64,000 bases of DNA from an uncultured Candidatus Rokubacteria bacterium (GTDB lineage Bacteria; Methylomirabilota; Methylomirabilia; Rokubacteriales; CSP1-6), in assembly GCA_963771355.1 (NCBI GenBank), contig CAVYTA010000006.1, forward strand, positions 352,001-416,000. The letters run 5' to 3'. The translations under genes and the position numbers were made by a program. Below are positions 19,847 through 29,581 of the stretch, in pieces. Every line of letters starts with the position of its first letter. The stretch's first letter is position 1. The notes below the pieces were generated by a model. It was not told the origin of the DNA and ran no database searches. It saw only the letters and a program-made list of their open reading frames with translations.

Positions 19847-21208
19847 ATGATCCTCATCGAGCATGCGGTGGTGGTGACCATGGACCCCGCGCGCCGCGTG
19901 CTTCGCGATGGCGCGGTGCTGGTGGACGGCGCGCGCATTCTCCAAGTGGACGGGTCGGATGCGGTCAGGCCGCCGCGGGCGCCGGAGCGCGTGATCGACG
20001 GCCGCGGCCGCCTCGTCCTGCCCGGCTTCGTGGATACTCATGTCCATCTGTCCGAGCATCTCTCGCGCGGTGTCATGCGGGACGAGGTGCCGGTGGACCG
20101 CTACGTGCCGGACTGGTACGTCCCGCTCTATGCCGCCCTCACCGGGGAGGAAGAGGCGGTGGCCGCCCAGCTCGCCTGCCTCGAGATGCTCCGGAGCGGC
20201 ACCACCACCTTCTGCGAGGCGGGCACGCTCTTCGATGTGCCGGCGGTGGCGCGGGCGGTGGACGCGGTGGGCCTGCGCGCGGTGCTGGGCCGGTGGAGCT
20301 GGGATCTGGCGCGCGGCCCCGGCCGGCTGACCCAGTCCACCGCGGAGGCGCTCCGGCTGACCGAGGACGCGATGACGCAGGTGAACGGGCAGGGGAGCGG
20401 GCGTGTGAGCGCCCGGCCGCTGCTGATCGGGTTCGGCACGGGATCGGAGGCCCTCATCCGGGGCGCGCATGCGCTGGCGGAGCGGCACCGCACCGGCTGG
20501 GGCATGATGCACTTCGCCTCGCATCCCTCGCGGAAGACGGCCGACACGCTGCCGCTGGCCACGCTGGACGCCTGGGGCGTGCTGGGTCCCCGCGCCAAGC
20601 TCGCGCACATGCTCTACGTGGACGATGCGGACATCGCGCTCCTGGCCCGCCGGGGCGTGGCGGTCACGCACTGTCCGTCGGCGGCGCTCAAGCACGTGAA
20701 GGGCCTCGGCGCCCACGGGCGATTCCCCGAGATGCTGGAGGCGGGCGTGCCGGTGTCCCTCGGGGGCGATAGCGCCAATGGCTCGAACCACTTCGACATG
20801 CTGCGCCTCATGTATCTCGCCGCGCTGGCGGCCAAGGACGCGCGGCTCGATCCGGGGGTGCTGCCGCCGGAGACGGCGCTGGAGATGGCGACGCTCCACG
20901 GCGCGCGCGGGCTCGGCCTCGAGGCGGAGATCGGCTCGCTCGAGCCCGGCAAGCGCGCCGATCTCGTGCTCTTCGACCTCGACCGGCCGGAGTGGCGGCC
21001 CCTGCTGGACCCGGTGTCGAACCTGGTCTACAGCGCCGGCGCGGCCAGCGTGCGCTCCGTGATGATAGACGGACGGCTCGTGCTGGACGAAGGACGGGTG
21101 ACGACGGTGGACGAGGGGGAGCTGCTGCGGCGGGTGGAGGCCCTCGCCGCACCCTATCTCGCGCGCGCGGGGCTGGCCGCCCGACCCAAATGGCCGATCA
21201 TCGGCTGA
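19847..21208 (+). CDS. Metal-dependent amidohydrolase (TRZ/ATZ/MTA deaminase-like)
   Basis: PGFVDTHVHL, EMLRSGTTT, THCPSA, LGGDS, GSLEPGKRADL; GGAGG SD before ATG 19847. Confidence 0.9.
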   Translation: MILIEHAVVVTMDPARRVLRDGAVLVDGARILQVDGSDAVRPPRAPERVIDGRGRLVLPGFVDTHVHLSEHLSRGVMRDEVPVDRYVPDWYVPLYAALTGEEEAVAAQLACLEMLRSGTTTFCEAGTLFDVPAVARAVDAVGLRAVLGRWSWDLARGPGRLTQSTAEALRLTEDAMTQVNGQGSGRVSARPLLIGFGTGSEALIRGAHALAERHRTGWGMMHFASHPSRKTADTLPLATLDAWGVLGPRAKLAHMLYVDDADIALLARRGVAVTHCPSAALKHVKGLGAHGRFPEMLEAGVPVSLGGDSANGSNHFDMLRLMYLAALAAKDARLDPGVLPPETALEMATLHGARGLGLEAEIGSLEPGKRADLVLFDLDRPEWRPLLDPVSNLVYSAGAASVRSVMIDGRLVLDEGRVTTVDEGELLRRVEALAAPYLARAGLAARPKWPIIG

Positions 21209-21238
21209 CGCCCCCTCTGCTATAGTCCGGAGCAGCCC

Positions 21239-22489
21239 ATGTTCTCGTCCCGCTACTTCTACGGCTGGTGGGTCACGCTCGCCTTTGCCGTGATGGTCTT
21301 CGTCTCCGCGGGCGTCCGCCACGCGGTGGGCCCCTTCCTCAAGCCCATGGTCGAGGACCTCCATGTCGATCGCGGCAGCTTCTCGCTGGTGATCGCGCTG
21401 GGCCTCTTCCTCTACGGGGCCTTCATGCCCTGGGTGGGCGGCCTCGCCGATCGATTCGGCGCCCGGATCGTCACGTCGGTCGGCTGCGTGCTGCTGGCCG
21501 CCGCGCTGGCGCTCACCGGACAGTGCCAGAACCTCTGGCAGCTCGCCCTGGTCTATGGCGTGCTCGCCTCGCTCGGCCTCGCCGCCACCGGCCCGGTGGT
21601 CGCGAACGCCGTGATCACGCGCTGGTTCAGCCGTCGGCGCGGCACCGCGGTCTCCATTCTCGGCAGCGCGTCCATGACCGGCATGAGCCTGCTGGTGCCG
21701 GTGGTGGCCTGGCTCATCCTCACGGTGGGCTGGCGGATGACCTATGGCCTGATCGGGGTGTTCGTCCTGGTCGTCATGCTGCCGCTCTGTCTCTTCGTGG
21801 TGCGCGACTCGCCCGAGGCGATGGGGCTGGCGCCGGACGGGGCTCCCGCCCTCGCGGGATCCAGCGTCGCCGCGCCCGCGCAGCGGACGTCCACCGGCAC
21901 CGCGCTGCGCACGGTGGCCTTCTGGCAGCTCGCGGGGTCCTTCTTCACCTGCGGCTTCTCGATGAGCCTGGTGTCCTCGCACGGCGTGCCCATGCTCACC
22001 GATCACGGCTACTCGCCCATCTTCGCCTCCTGGATCATCGGCGTGCTGGGCGCCTCGAGCATCGCCTTCACGCTCTTGCTGGGCGGGCTCTCCGATCGCT
22101 TCGGCGCCCGTCCCGTGCTGAGCGGGATCTATACCGGGCGCGCCTTCATCTTCGCGGGCCTCTTCCTCATCCGCGACAACCCGCTCGCCATCCTCGGCGT
22201 GGCCATCGCGGGCGGCCTCACCCTGGCCGGGTCCATGTCCATGACCTCCATGCTGACGGCGGACATCTACGGCCGCTTCTCGGTGGGACGCATCCTCGGC
22301 GTGATCTTCCTCGTGCACCAGACCGGCGCCGCGCTCGGCTCCTCGCTGGCGGGCGCGCTCTACGAGTCCACCGGCAGCTACGCGGCGGCCTACGTGGTGG
22401 CCTGCGCGCTCCTGCTCGCCGCCGGGGTGGTGAGCCTGCGGGTGGACAGCGGCCGGCGCACGTTCCGCTGGGCCACGAGCTTTAATTAA
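21239..22489 (+). CDS. MFS transporter
   Basis: About 12 hydrophobic segments; GGLADRFGAR and GGLSDRFGAR (motif A). Confidence 0.9.
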   Translation: MFSSRYFYGWWVTLAFAVMVFVSAGVRHAVGPFLKPMVEDLHVDRGSFSLVIALGLFLYGAFMPWVGGLADRFGARIVTSVGCVLLAAALALTGQCQNLWQLALVYGVLASLGLAATGPVVANAVITRWFSRRRGTAVSILGSASMTGMSLLVPVVAWLILTVGWRMTYGLIGVFVLVVMLPLCLFVVRDSPEAMGLAPDGAPALAGSSVAAPAQRTSTGTALRTVAFWQLAGSFFTCGFSMSLVSSHGVPMLTDHGYSPIFASWIIGVLGASSIAFTLLLGGLSDRFGARPVLSGIYTGRAFIFAGLFLIRDNPLAILGVAIAGGLTLAGSMSMTSMLTADIYGRFSVGRILGVIFLVHQTGAALGSSLAGALYESTGSYAAAYVVACALLLAAGVVSLRVDSGRRTFRWATSFN

Positions 22490-22492
22490 CTT

Positions 22493-22524
22493 CTGGGGGG
22501 GAGCGAGCGCCGCTCCACCCCCAG
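22493..22524. terminator. GC-rich hairpin between convergent genes (terminator or REP-like element)
   Basis: CTGGGGG-GGAGCG-agcgc-CGCTCC-A-CCCCCAG: 13-bp stem with one bulge, between the stops at 22489 (+) and 22541 (-). Confidence 0.5.
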
Positions 22525-22540
22525 GCCCCCCCACCGCTAA

Positions 22541-23791
22541 CTACTCGCGGTTGGCTCGCGCCAGCACTGCTTGTAGCAGGACGTTGACGCCGGGGACGGT
22601 GTAGTCCTCTTCTGCGTGCTCGGCCTCGTTGTGGGAGATGCCGTCGCGGCAGGGCGTGAAGATCATGGCGGTGGGCGCCACGCGCGAGATGTAGTAGGCG
22701 TCGTGCCCGGCCTGGCTCAGGATGTCGCGGTGCCGGACGCCCAGGCGATCGGCGGCCTCCCGGATGAGCCGGACACAGCCCGGGTCGAACGTCTCGTTGC
22801 CGAACTGCCACTCGCTGGCGATACGCATGTCCACGTTCGCGCGCCGCGCGCAGTCGGGGATGGCGGCCTTCACCTCCGCCAGCATCTGCTCGGCCACCGC
22901 CTTCTCGGCGTGGCGCACGTCGCAGGTGAGCTGGGCGTACTCGGAGAGGATGCCGGCCTTGTTGGGCCAGGCCACCAGGCGGGCCACGGTGGCCTTGCCC
23001 TCGGTGGCGTGATACTTCCAGCCGACGTCGTTGACGGCCACCGCCAGCATGGCCGCGCCCACCAGCGCATTGCGCCGACGGTCCATCGGGGTAGGGCCGG
23101 CATGCGCGGTCTCGCCCAGGATGTCCACGTGCATGCCCCGCGTGGCGTACCCGCCGACCACGATGCCGACCGGCACCGTCTCGCGCTCGAGGATGGGCCC
23201 CTGCTCGATGTGGAGCTCGAAGTAGGCGTCGATGCTGCGCCCGCCCACCGCGGCCTTGCCGTTGTAGCCGAGGCGCTCCAGCTCGCTCCCGAACACCTTG
23301 CCGTCGTCGTCGCGCAGCCCGAGCACCCAGTCCACGTCGAACACGCCCGCGAAGGCCCCCGAGGCCACCATGGGCGGGGTGAATCGGGCGCCCTCCTCGT
23401 TGGTCCAGCACACCAGCTCCAGCGGGCGCCGAGTGCGCAGGCGGCGGTCATCGAGCGTGCGCAGCACTTCCAGACCGGCCAGGACGCCGATGATGCCGTC
23501 GTACTTTCCCCCCGCGACCTGGGTGTCGAGGTGACTGCCCATGAGCACTGGGGGCAGGTGGTCCTCCGCGCCGGGGCGGCGCGCGAAGATATTGCCCACC
23601 CGGTCCACCTGCACGGTACAGCCCACCTCGGTGCACCAGGTGATGAAGAGGTCCCGCATCTCCTTGTCGGCGTCGCTCAGCGCCAGCCGGCAGAGTCCGC
23701 CGGCCTTGCCCGGCCCGATCTCGCCCGAGCGCATCACGGTGCTCCAGAATCGGTGGCCGTCGATTGCGGCCGGGCTTCCCGTCGAGGTCAT
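22541..23791 (-). CDS. Zn-dependent hydrolase (M20; N-carbamoyl-amino acid/allantoate amidohydrolase family)
   Basis: GSHLDTQ, GKYDG, WTNEEGARF, ELHIEQGP, AGHDA, GISHNEAE; start trimmed to ATG 23791. Confidence 0.92.
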   Translation of the reverse strand: MTSTGSPAAIDGHRFWSTVMRSGEIGPGKAGGLCRLALSDADKEMRDLFITWCTEVGCTVQVDRVGNIFARRPGAEDHLPPVLMGSHLDTQVAGGKYDGIIGVLAGLEVLRTLDDRRLRTRRPLELVCWTNEEGARFTPPMVASGAFAGVFDVDWVLGLRDDDGKVFGSELERLGYNGKAAVGGRSIDAYFELHIEQGPILERETVPVGIVVGGYATRGMHVDILGETAHAGPTPMDRRRNALVGAAMLAVAVNDVGWKYHATEGKATVARLVAWPNKAGILSEYAQLTCDVRHAEKAVAEQMLAEVKAAIPDCARRANVDMRIASEWQFGNETFDPGCVRLIREAADRLGVRHRDILSQAGHDAYYISRVAPTAMIFTPCRDGISHNEAEHAEEDYTVPGVNVLLQAVLARANRE

Positions 23792-23889
23792 GACCGTGCT
23801 CCCTTGGTGCGAATCCCCGTGAAGTATCGACACGCCCGTGCTACTCACGTTATACGGCATTCGACGCTGGTTTGACGAGGAGGGTTGGC

Positions 23890-25146
23890 GTGGCGACAAC
23901 CGGCAAAGCGGCGGAGCCGTCCCCCGAGACGAGGGACCGCGTGCTCGCGCGGATCGATGACGGGGAGACCGTTCGCCTCGCGTGTGATCTGATCCGCATC
24001 CCATCCTTCACGACCGAGGAGACCGCCTGCGCGGAGTGGCTGGCGAGCTACCTGGCCGGCCAGGGCCTCGAGGTGGAGCTGCAAGAGATCGAGCCGGGCC
24101 GGAAGCAGACCATCGCCCGGCTTCGCGGGAGCGGCGGCGGCAAGTCGATCATGCTCAACGGCCACATCGACATCGACCCGCTGGCCTCCGGATGGACGCG
24201 CGATCCCTTCGACCCCTGGATCGCGGATGGCAAGCTCTTCGGTCACGGCGTCTACAACATGAAAGCCGGCGTCGCCGCCTGCATCATGGCCGCGCTGGCG
24301 ATCCAGCGCTCGGGTGTCTCGATCCGAGGCGACGTGGTCCTGGCCTGCGTGGCGGCGGAGCTGAACGGAGGGACCGGCACGCTCCATGCCATCGAGCACG
24401 GCGCGCGCACCGACATGGCGGTGGTGGCCGAGCCCTATGGCGCCTATACCATCCTCACCAAGCACACGGGCACCATGGACGTGGTCGTGCACACCCTCGG
24501 CCGCGCCACCCACATCAGCAAGAAGGAGCAGGGCGTCGACGCCATCGTGAACATGATGCGGGCCATCGACGCGCTCTACGCGATGCGCTTCACGTCCACG
24601 CACGATCCCGATCTGCCCGGGCTCCCCCGCATGAACATCGGCTCGATCATCGGCGGGCGTGGGCGGGATCACAACCTGCGCGGCGCTTATACCGTGAGCG
24701 ATTTCTGCACCGCCTACGTGAACGTGCGCTTCAACGCGAGCCAGAGCGCCGACACCGTGGTCGCCGACATCCGGCGGACGCTGGAGGCGCTGGCCGCCGG
24801 CGACCCGCAGTTCCGGTTCGAGATCGAGTTCCCGCCCCGCCCGGAGCGCGGGCTCGGGCGGATGGCGAAGGCCGCGGTGGACGTTCCGAAGACGGAGCCG
24901 GTGGTGCAGATGGTGCATCGGAACCTCCAGCGAGTGGCGGGTCGGGCGCCGGAGCATTTCGGTGTGCGATTGCCCCAGAGCTATGCGGGCAACGACACCA
25001 CCCACCTGTGGGCGGCCGGGATCCCGTGCTGTCTCTATGGCCCGGGCGGCGGATATACGGACTATCACGACGTGCACACGTATCTCGAGGATCTCTCCGT
25101 CTGTGCCCGGGTGCTCGCGCTCACCGCGCTCGAAGCGGTGGCATGA
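23890..25146 (+). CDS. M20 ArgE/DapE-like deacylase with atypical metal ligands
   Basis: MLNGHIDID, GHGVYNMKAG, VAAELNGG, VAEP, GRATH; GAGGAGG SD before GTG 23890. Confidence 0.85.
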   Translation: MATTGKAAEPSPETRDRVLARIDDGETVRLACDLIRIPSFTTEETACAEWLASYLAGQGLEVELQEIEPGRKQTIARLRGSGGGKSIMLNGHIDIDPLASGWTRDPFDPWIADGKLFGHGVYNMKAGVAACIMAALAIQRSGVSIRGDVVLACVAAELNGGTGTLHAIEHGARTDMAVVAEPYGAYTILTKHTGTMDVVVHTLGRATHISKKEQGVDAIVNMMRAIDALYAMRFTSTHDPDLPGLPRMNIGSIIGGRGRDHNLRGAYTVSDFCTAYVNVRFNASQSADTVVADIRRTLEALAAGDPQFRFEIEFPPRPERGLGRMAKAAVDVPKTEPVVQMVHRNLQRVAGRAPEHFGVRLPQSYAGNDTTHLWAAGIPCCLYGPGGGYTDYHDVHTYLEDLSVCARVLALTALEAVA

Positions 25147-26279
25147 CCTACGTCGACCCCTCCACCGGCCGGACGTATCCGCTCACGGAGGCGCGCTGGT
25201 GCGGCGAGGACGGCCACTATCTCAATCTCGCCCCCGCGCCCGGCCTCGGCCGCCGGGACATCGACACCGCGCGCCACTCGGTGTGGCGCTACGCGAAGGC
25301 GCTGCTGGTCGGGACCGAGGACGCGGTGTCGCTCGGGGAGGGCTGGACGCCGCTGGTGCCCGGCGAGTGGGGCGGGGCGCCGGTCCAGTGGAAGCTCGAG
25401 TTCATGATGCCCACCGGGTCCTTCAAGGACCGCGGCATGACCGTCATGGTCTCCTATCTCAAGAGCCGCGGCATCGCGCGCGTGCTCGAGGACTCCTCCG
25501 GCAATGCGGGCGCCTCGCTGTCCGCCTATGCCGCTGCCGCCGGGCTCGCCTGTCGCATCCTCGTGCCGGAGACCGCGTCGTATCCCAAGATCGCGCAGAT
25601 CGCGGCCTGCGGCGCGGACGTGGTGACGGTGAAAGGCTCGCGCCAGGACGTGGCGGAGGCGGCGCTGCGCCAGAGCGCGGAGATCTTCTACGCCAGCCAC
25701 AACTGGCAGCCGTTCTTCGTGGAGGGCATGAAGACCCTGGCCTATGAGCTCTGGGAGCAGCTCGGCTTCCGCGCGCCCGACAATCTCGTGGTGCCGCTCG
25801 GCTATGGCAGCAATGTGCTGGGCGCCCAGCGCGGCTTCGACGAGCTCGCTCGCCGGAGCGAAATCGGCAAGGGCCCGCGGCTCTTCGGCGTGCAGGCGGC
25901 GAACTGCGCGCCCTACCATGCCGCCTTCGCGGCGGGAGCCGAGCGCCTGGTGCCGACCGAGATCACCGCCACGGTGGCGGAAGGGATCGCGACGGCCAAA
26001 CCCACCCGCGTGGTCGAGGTGCTGCGCGCGGTGCGGGTGTCGGGCGGCGCCGTGCTGGCGGTGAGCGAGGCGGAGATCGTGGCGGCGTTGCGCGATCTCG
26101 CCCGCCGCGGGCTCTACGTGGAGCCCACCTCGGCCACCGCTGCCGCCGGGCTCACCCGCCTGCTTGCCGCCGGGCTCATCCGCCCCGACGAGAGCACCGT
26201 GCTCGTGCTCACGGGCTCTGGGCTCAAGGCCTCCGCCGTCACCGGCGAGCTGCTCGGACTCCGCGCACGCAGCGAGTAG
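25143..26279 (+). CDS. Threonine synthase-like PLP enzyme (fold type II)
   Basis: SLGEGWTPL, PTGSFKDRG, EDSSGNAG, VEPTSA, LTGSGLK; ATGA overlap with the M20 gene. Confidence 0.9.
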   Translation: MTYVDPSTGRTYPLTEARWCGEDGHYLNLAPAPGLGRRDIDTARHSVWRYAKALLVGTEDAVSLGEGWTPLVPGEWGGAPVQWKLEFMMPTGSFKDRGMTVMVSYLKSRGIARVLEDSSGNAGASLSAYAAAAGLACRILVPETASYPKIAQIAACGADVVTVKGSRQDVAEAALRQSAEIFYASHNWQPFFVEGMKTLAYELWEQLGFRAPDNLVVPLGYGSNVLGAQRGFDELARRSEIGKGPRLFGVQAANCAPYHAAFAAGAERLVPTEITATVAEGIATAKPTRVVEVLRAVRVSGGAVLAVSEAEIVAALRDLARRGLYVEPTSATAAAGLTRLLAAGLIRPDESTVLVLTGSGLKASAVTGELLGLRARSE

Positions 26280-26348
26280 TCCGTGCTATGACTGATCGCG
26301 CACCCCATGCGGCCGGCCCGCGACGACGCGGGCGGCAAGGAGACCCCG

Positions 26349-26657
26349 ATGGCTGACGTGCTCACCGTGGTGGCGAAGATCCGGGCGGCGAAGGGCAAGG
26401 GCGACGCGCTCGCCGCGCTGCTCAAGGAGCAGGTGGCGGCGGTGCGCAAGGCGGAGCCGGGTTGCCTGGTCTATCGGCCGCACCGGTCCACCAAGGATCC
26501 CGAGCTCTTCATCTTCTACGAGCAGTACAAGGACGACGCCGCCTTCGATCTGCACCGGAAGGCGCCGCACCTGGCCGCCTATCGCGAGCGGCGCGAGAAG
26601 GAAGGCCTCACCGAGGGGCCCGCCGAGGTGGACATCTACCGGTCCATCACCGACTGA
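26349..26657 (+). CDS. Antibiotic biosynthesis monooxygenase (putative quinol monooxygenase) family protein
   Basis: LTVVAKIRA...EPGCLVY...FIFYEQY...AFDLHRKAPH; AAGGAG SD before ATG 26349. Confidence 0.87.
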   Translation: MADVLTVVAKIRAAKGKGDALAALLKEQVAAVRKAEPGCLVYRPHRSTKDPELFIFYEQYKDDAAFDLHRKAPHLAAYRERREKEGLTEGPAEVDIYRSITD

Positions 26658-26685
26658 TTGGCGTCGAACTGATCGGGCGCCGCTC

Positions 26686-28239
26686 TCAGAAGCCGGGCGG
26701 CGGCCGGAAGCCGCCCAGGATGTCGGCGAGCCGGCCGGCCAGGTCGATCGGGGTCGCGTCTTCCATGTAGGGTCCCATGATCTGGATTCCGACGGGGAGC
26801 CCGCCGCGGGTGAGCCCCACCGGGGCGGTGGTCGCCGGCAGCCCCGTCAGCGTCGCGAACGAGATCCAGAAGAGCAGATCGAGATAGGGGCGTGGGCCTC
26901 CCGGCGTCTGCAGGACGCGATCGAGCACGTTCGGCGAGTGATCGTGCGGGAAGGCCGGGACGAAGGCCGTGGGCAGGAGGAACGCGTCGTGCGTCCGGAA
27001 GTACGCCTGCCAGCGGCCGCGAGCGCCGCGACCACGGCCGTCGGCCTGCATGTGGAAGCCGTAGGGGGCGGTGATGGCGCGGGCGCGCTTGGCCTGGTAG
27101 GAGCCATCCTGAGTCGCGGCGATCTTCCTCAGGTCTTCAAGCTGATCCTCGCGCTGTGGGCCGGCCATCCGCGCGAAGAGAATGGTGAGATAAGCGTCGT
27201 AATGCTCGTCGGGCTTCATGCCCTGGGGCCAGCCTTCCTCCAGCGTCGCGCCGGCCTTCCGCAGGGCCTCGACGGCCACCCGGAGCGTGTCGCCCACCTC
27301 GGGCGAGACGGGACAGAGCGGGTCGTCGAGCACATAGCCGATCCGGTAGTCAGCCAGACGTGCGGCGCGCGCGGGCGGTAGCGTCCAGCGCCAGGCGCGT
27401 CCCTCGTCCTCCATGGGGCCGCCCATGACTTCGAGCGCGGCGCGAAGATCCGCGGCGGAGCGGGCGAGAGGCCCGGCGACGGACAAGGTCGTGGGCGGAC
27501 CCGTGAGAATTCCGGGGGGCGGTGGAATGTGGCCGCGCATGGGCACCACGTCCAGCGTGGGCTTGTGGCCATACACCCCGCAGAAGTGGGCGGGGGTGCG
27601 AATGGAGCCGCCGATGTCGCTGCCCGGCTCCAGATAGGTGAGGCCCGCGGCCAGCGCCGCGGCGCCGCCGCCGGTGGAGCCGCCCGGGGTCCGGGCCTGG
27701 TCCCAGGGATTATTGCTCTGCCCGTACACCGCGTTGTAGCTCTGAAAGTCGCTGGCCCAGATCGGGACATTCGTCTTGCCCAGGATGACGACCCCCGCGC
27801 GCTTGAGCCGGGCCACGAGCACGGCGTCCCGCGGCGAGAGGTGATCCTTCAAGGTCGGCGAGCCCGCGGTGGTCCGGAGCCCGGTGACCTCGAAGGTGTC
27901 CTTCACTGTGCACGGCACGCCGTGGAAGGGCCCCCACCACTCCCCGCGGGCCCCTGCCTCGTCCGCCGCGCGGGCCCGGGTCCGCGCGGTGTCGGATGCG
28001 AGCTCCACGATCGCGTTGAGGGAGGGATTGTGCCGCGCGATACGCTCGAGCATTCGATTCGTGAGCTCGAGGGACGAGACCTGTCCCGAGCGAATGGCCC
28101 GCGCGGCGCCGAGCGCCGTGCCGAAGTCCAGATCGGCCACGGCCGCGCGCCCCCGGCGAGGCGCCAGGAGCGTCGCGCCGGCGAGCGTCAGGCCACCACC
28201 GAGGAACGAGCGACGCGAGAGGGGGCGGGCGGTGCGCAT
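26686..28239 (-). CDS. Amidase signature family enzyme, Tat-exported
   Basis: SRRSFL Tat motif; GPFHGVPCTVKD, PGGSTGGGAAA, GSDIGGSIRTPA. Confidence 0.92.
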   Translation of the reverse strand: MRTARPLSRRSFLGGGLTLAGATLLAPRRGRAAVADLDFGTALGAARAIRSGQVSSLELTNRMLERIARHNPSLNAIVELASDTARTRARAADEAGARGEWWGPFHGVPCTVKDTFEVTGLRTTAGSPTLKDHLSPRDAVLVARLKRAGVVILGKTNVPIWASDFQSYNAVYGQSNNPWDQARTPGGSTGGGAAALAAGLTYLEPGSDIGGSIRTPAHFCGVYGHKPTLDVVPMRGHIPPPPGILTGPPTTLSVAGPLARSAADLRAALEVMGGPMEDEGRAWRWTLPPARAARLADYRIGYVLDDPLCPVSPEVGDTLRVAVEALRKAGATLEEGWPQGMKPDEHYDAYLTILFARMAGPQREDQLEDLRKIAATQDGSYQAKRARAITAPYGFHMQADGRGRGARGRWQAYFRTHDAFLLPTAFVPAFPHDHSPNVLDRVLQTPGGPRPYLDLLFWISFATLTGLPATTAPVGLTRGGLPVGIQIMGPYMEDATPIDLAGRLADILGGFRPPPGF

Positions 28240-28318
28240 ATCGGCCTCCTTTTCCTCGCGGAGACTCTAGCAGAGTCGGGGCGCCGTGATACGATTCTCG
28301 ACGAGCCACGTCCTGCCC

Positions 28319-29581
28319 ATGTCCCCCCTGACAGCGTCGTCAGTGCGTATCGACTCCCGCGCCAAGTTGATGGCCGTGCTGTTCGTGGCCCAGGTGTGCG
28401 GGAGCACCGGGCATTCCATCGGGCTGGCGGTGGGCGGCATCATGGCCGCCAGCATCACGGGGACGAATACGTGGACGGGCCTGCCGGTGGCGCTGGGCGC
28501 GCTCGGCACCGCGCTCGCGAGCTGGCCGCTCGCGCGGCTGATGGATCGCGCGGGGCGGCGCCCCGGCCTCGCGCTCGGCTATGGTCTCGCGGTGGTCGGC
28601 GCGCTCCTCGGGCTGGTCGGCGTGGCCGCGCGGAGCTTCCCGCTCATGCTGGCCGGCATGACGCTCTTCGGGATCGCCAGCACCTCGAATCTCCTCGCCC
28701 GCTACGCGGCGGCGGACGTGAGTCCCGGCGCTCAGCGCGGCCGGGCCATGGGCCTCATCGTCTGGGGCTCCACGCTCGGCTCCATCGTGGGGCCGAACCT
28801 GATGGCGCCGGCGCTGCGCCTGGGCCACTGGCTCGGGGTCGAGGCCACCGCCAGCGCCTTCTTGGTGAGCGTCGGCTCGTACGCGCTCGCGGCGCTCCTC
28901 GTCCAGGTCTTCCTGCGTCCCGATCCGCTCGCCATCGCCCGACGGCTGGAGGCGGACGCCTCGCGGGGGCGTGCCGCCGGCCTCACGCGCGGGTTCGGCG
29001 CCATCCTGGGTGACGTGCGGGTGCAGATCGCGCTCGCCGCGCTCTCGGTCAGCCAGTTCGTGATGATCGCGACCACCTCGACCTCGCCGGTGTACCTCTA
29101 CGATCAGGGGCACTCGGTGCGCATCATCGGCATCGGCGTCTCCCTGCATCTGGGCGGGATGTACGTGGCCTCGCCGCTGTCGGGGTGGCTCTGCGATCGC
29201 TTCGGCCGCCTGCTCATGATCGGGGTGGGCGCGCTCATCCTCATCGGGGCGGTGATGCTCGCCGGCCTCGCGCCGGGCACGGATCCCGTCCTCGTGATCG
29301 GCGCGCTCTTCCTCAACGGCGTGGGCTGGAACCTGGCCTTCGTCTCGGCCAGCGCGCTCCTCACCGATGCGCTCGCGCCCGCCGAGCGCGCCTCCGTCCA
29401 GGGCTTCGCCGACCTGATCATGGGGCTCATGGGCGCGGTGGGCTCGGCAGTGGGGGGGATGGTGCTGGGCATCTGGGGCTTCGCCGCCCTCAATGCCGTG
29501 GGTGCCGTGCTCGTGCTCGGGCCGCTCGCGCTTACCCTGCTTCGCCGCCCCGCGCTCGCCGCGCTCTCCGCCAAGGGCTGA
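28319..29581 (+). CDS. MFS transporter
   Basis: ARLMDRAGRR, GWLCDRFGR, multiple TM segments; start ATG 28319 or GTG 28286. Confidence 0.88.
   Translation: MSPLTASSVRIDSRAKLMAVLFVAQVCGSTGHSIGLAVGGIMAASITGTNTWTGLPVALGALGTALASWPLARLMDRAGRRPGLALGYGLAVVGALLGLVGVAARSFPLMLAGMTLFGIASTSNLLARYAAADVSPGAQRGRAMGLIVWGSTLGSIVGPNLMAPALRLGHWLGVEATASAFLVSVGSYALAALLVQVFLRPDPLAIARRLEADASRGRAAGLTRGFGAILGDVRVQIALAALSVSQFVMIATTSTSPVYLYDQGHSVRIIGIGVSLHLGGMYVASPLSGWLCDRFGRLLMIGVGALILIGAVMLAGLAPGTDPVLVIGALFLNGVGWNLAFVSASALLTDALAPAERASVQGFADLIMGLMGAVGSAVGGMVLGIWGFAALNAVGAVLVLGPLALTLLRRPALAALSAKG

Noticed and set aside
24036..26279. N-terminally extended track ORFs (747-aa threonine synthase, 471-aa thioredoxin, 633-aa Rieske, 624-aa redoxin)
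   Set aside because: The extensions are alternative-frame read-outs of neighbouring genes. Real starts are marked by SD, overlap or motif onset.
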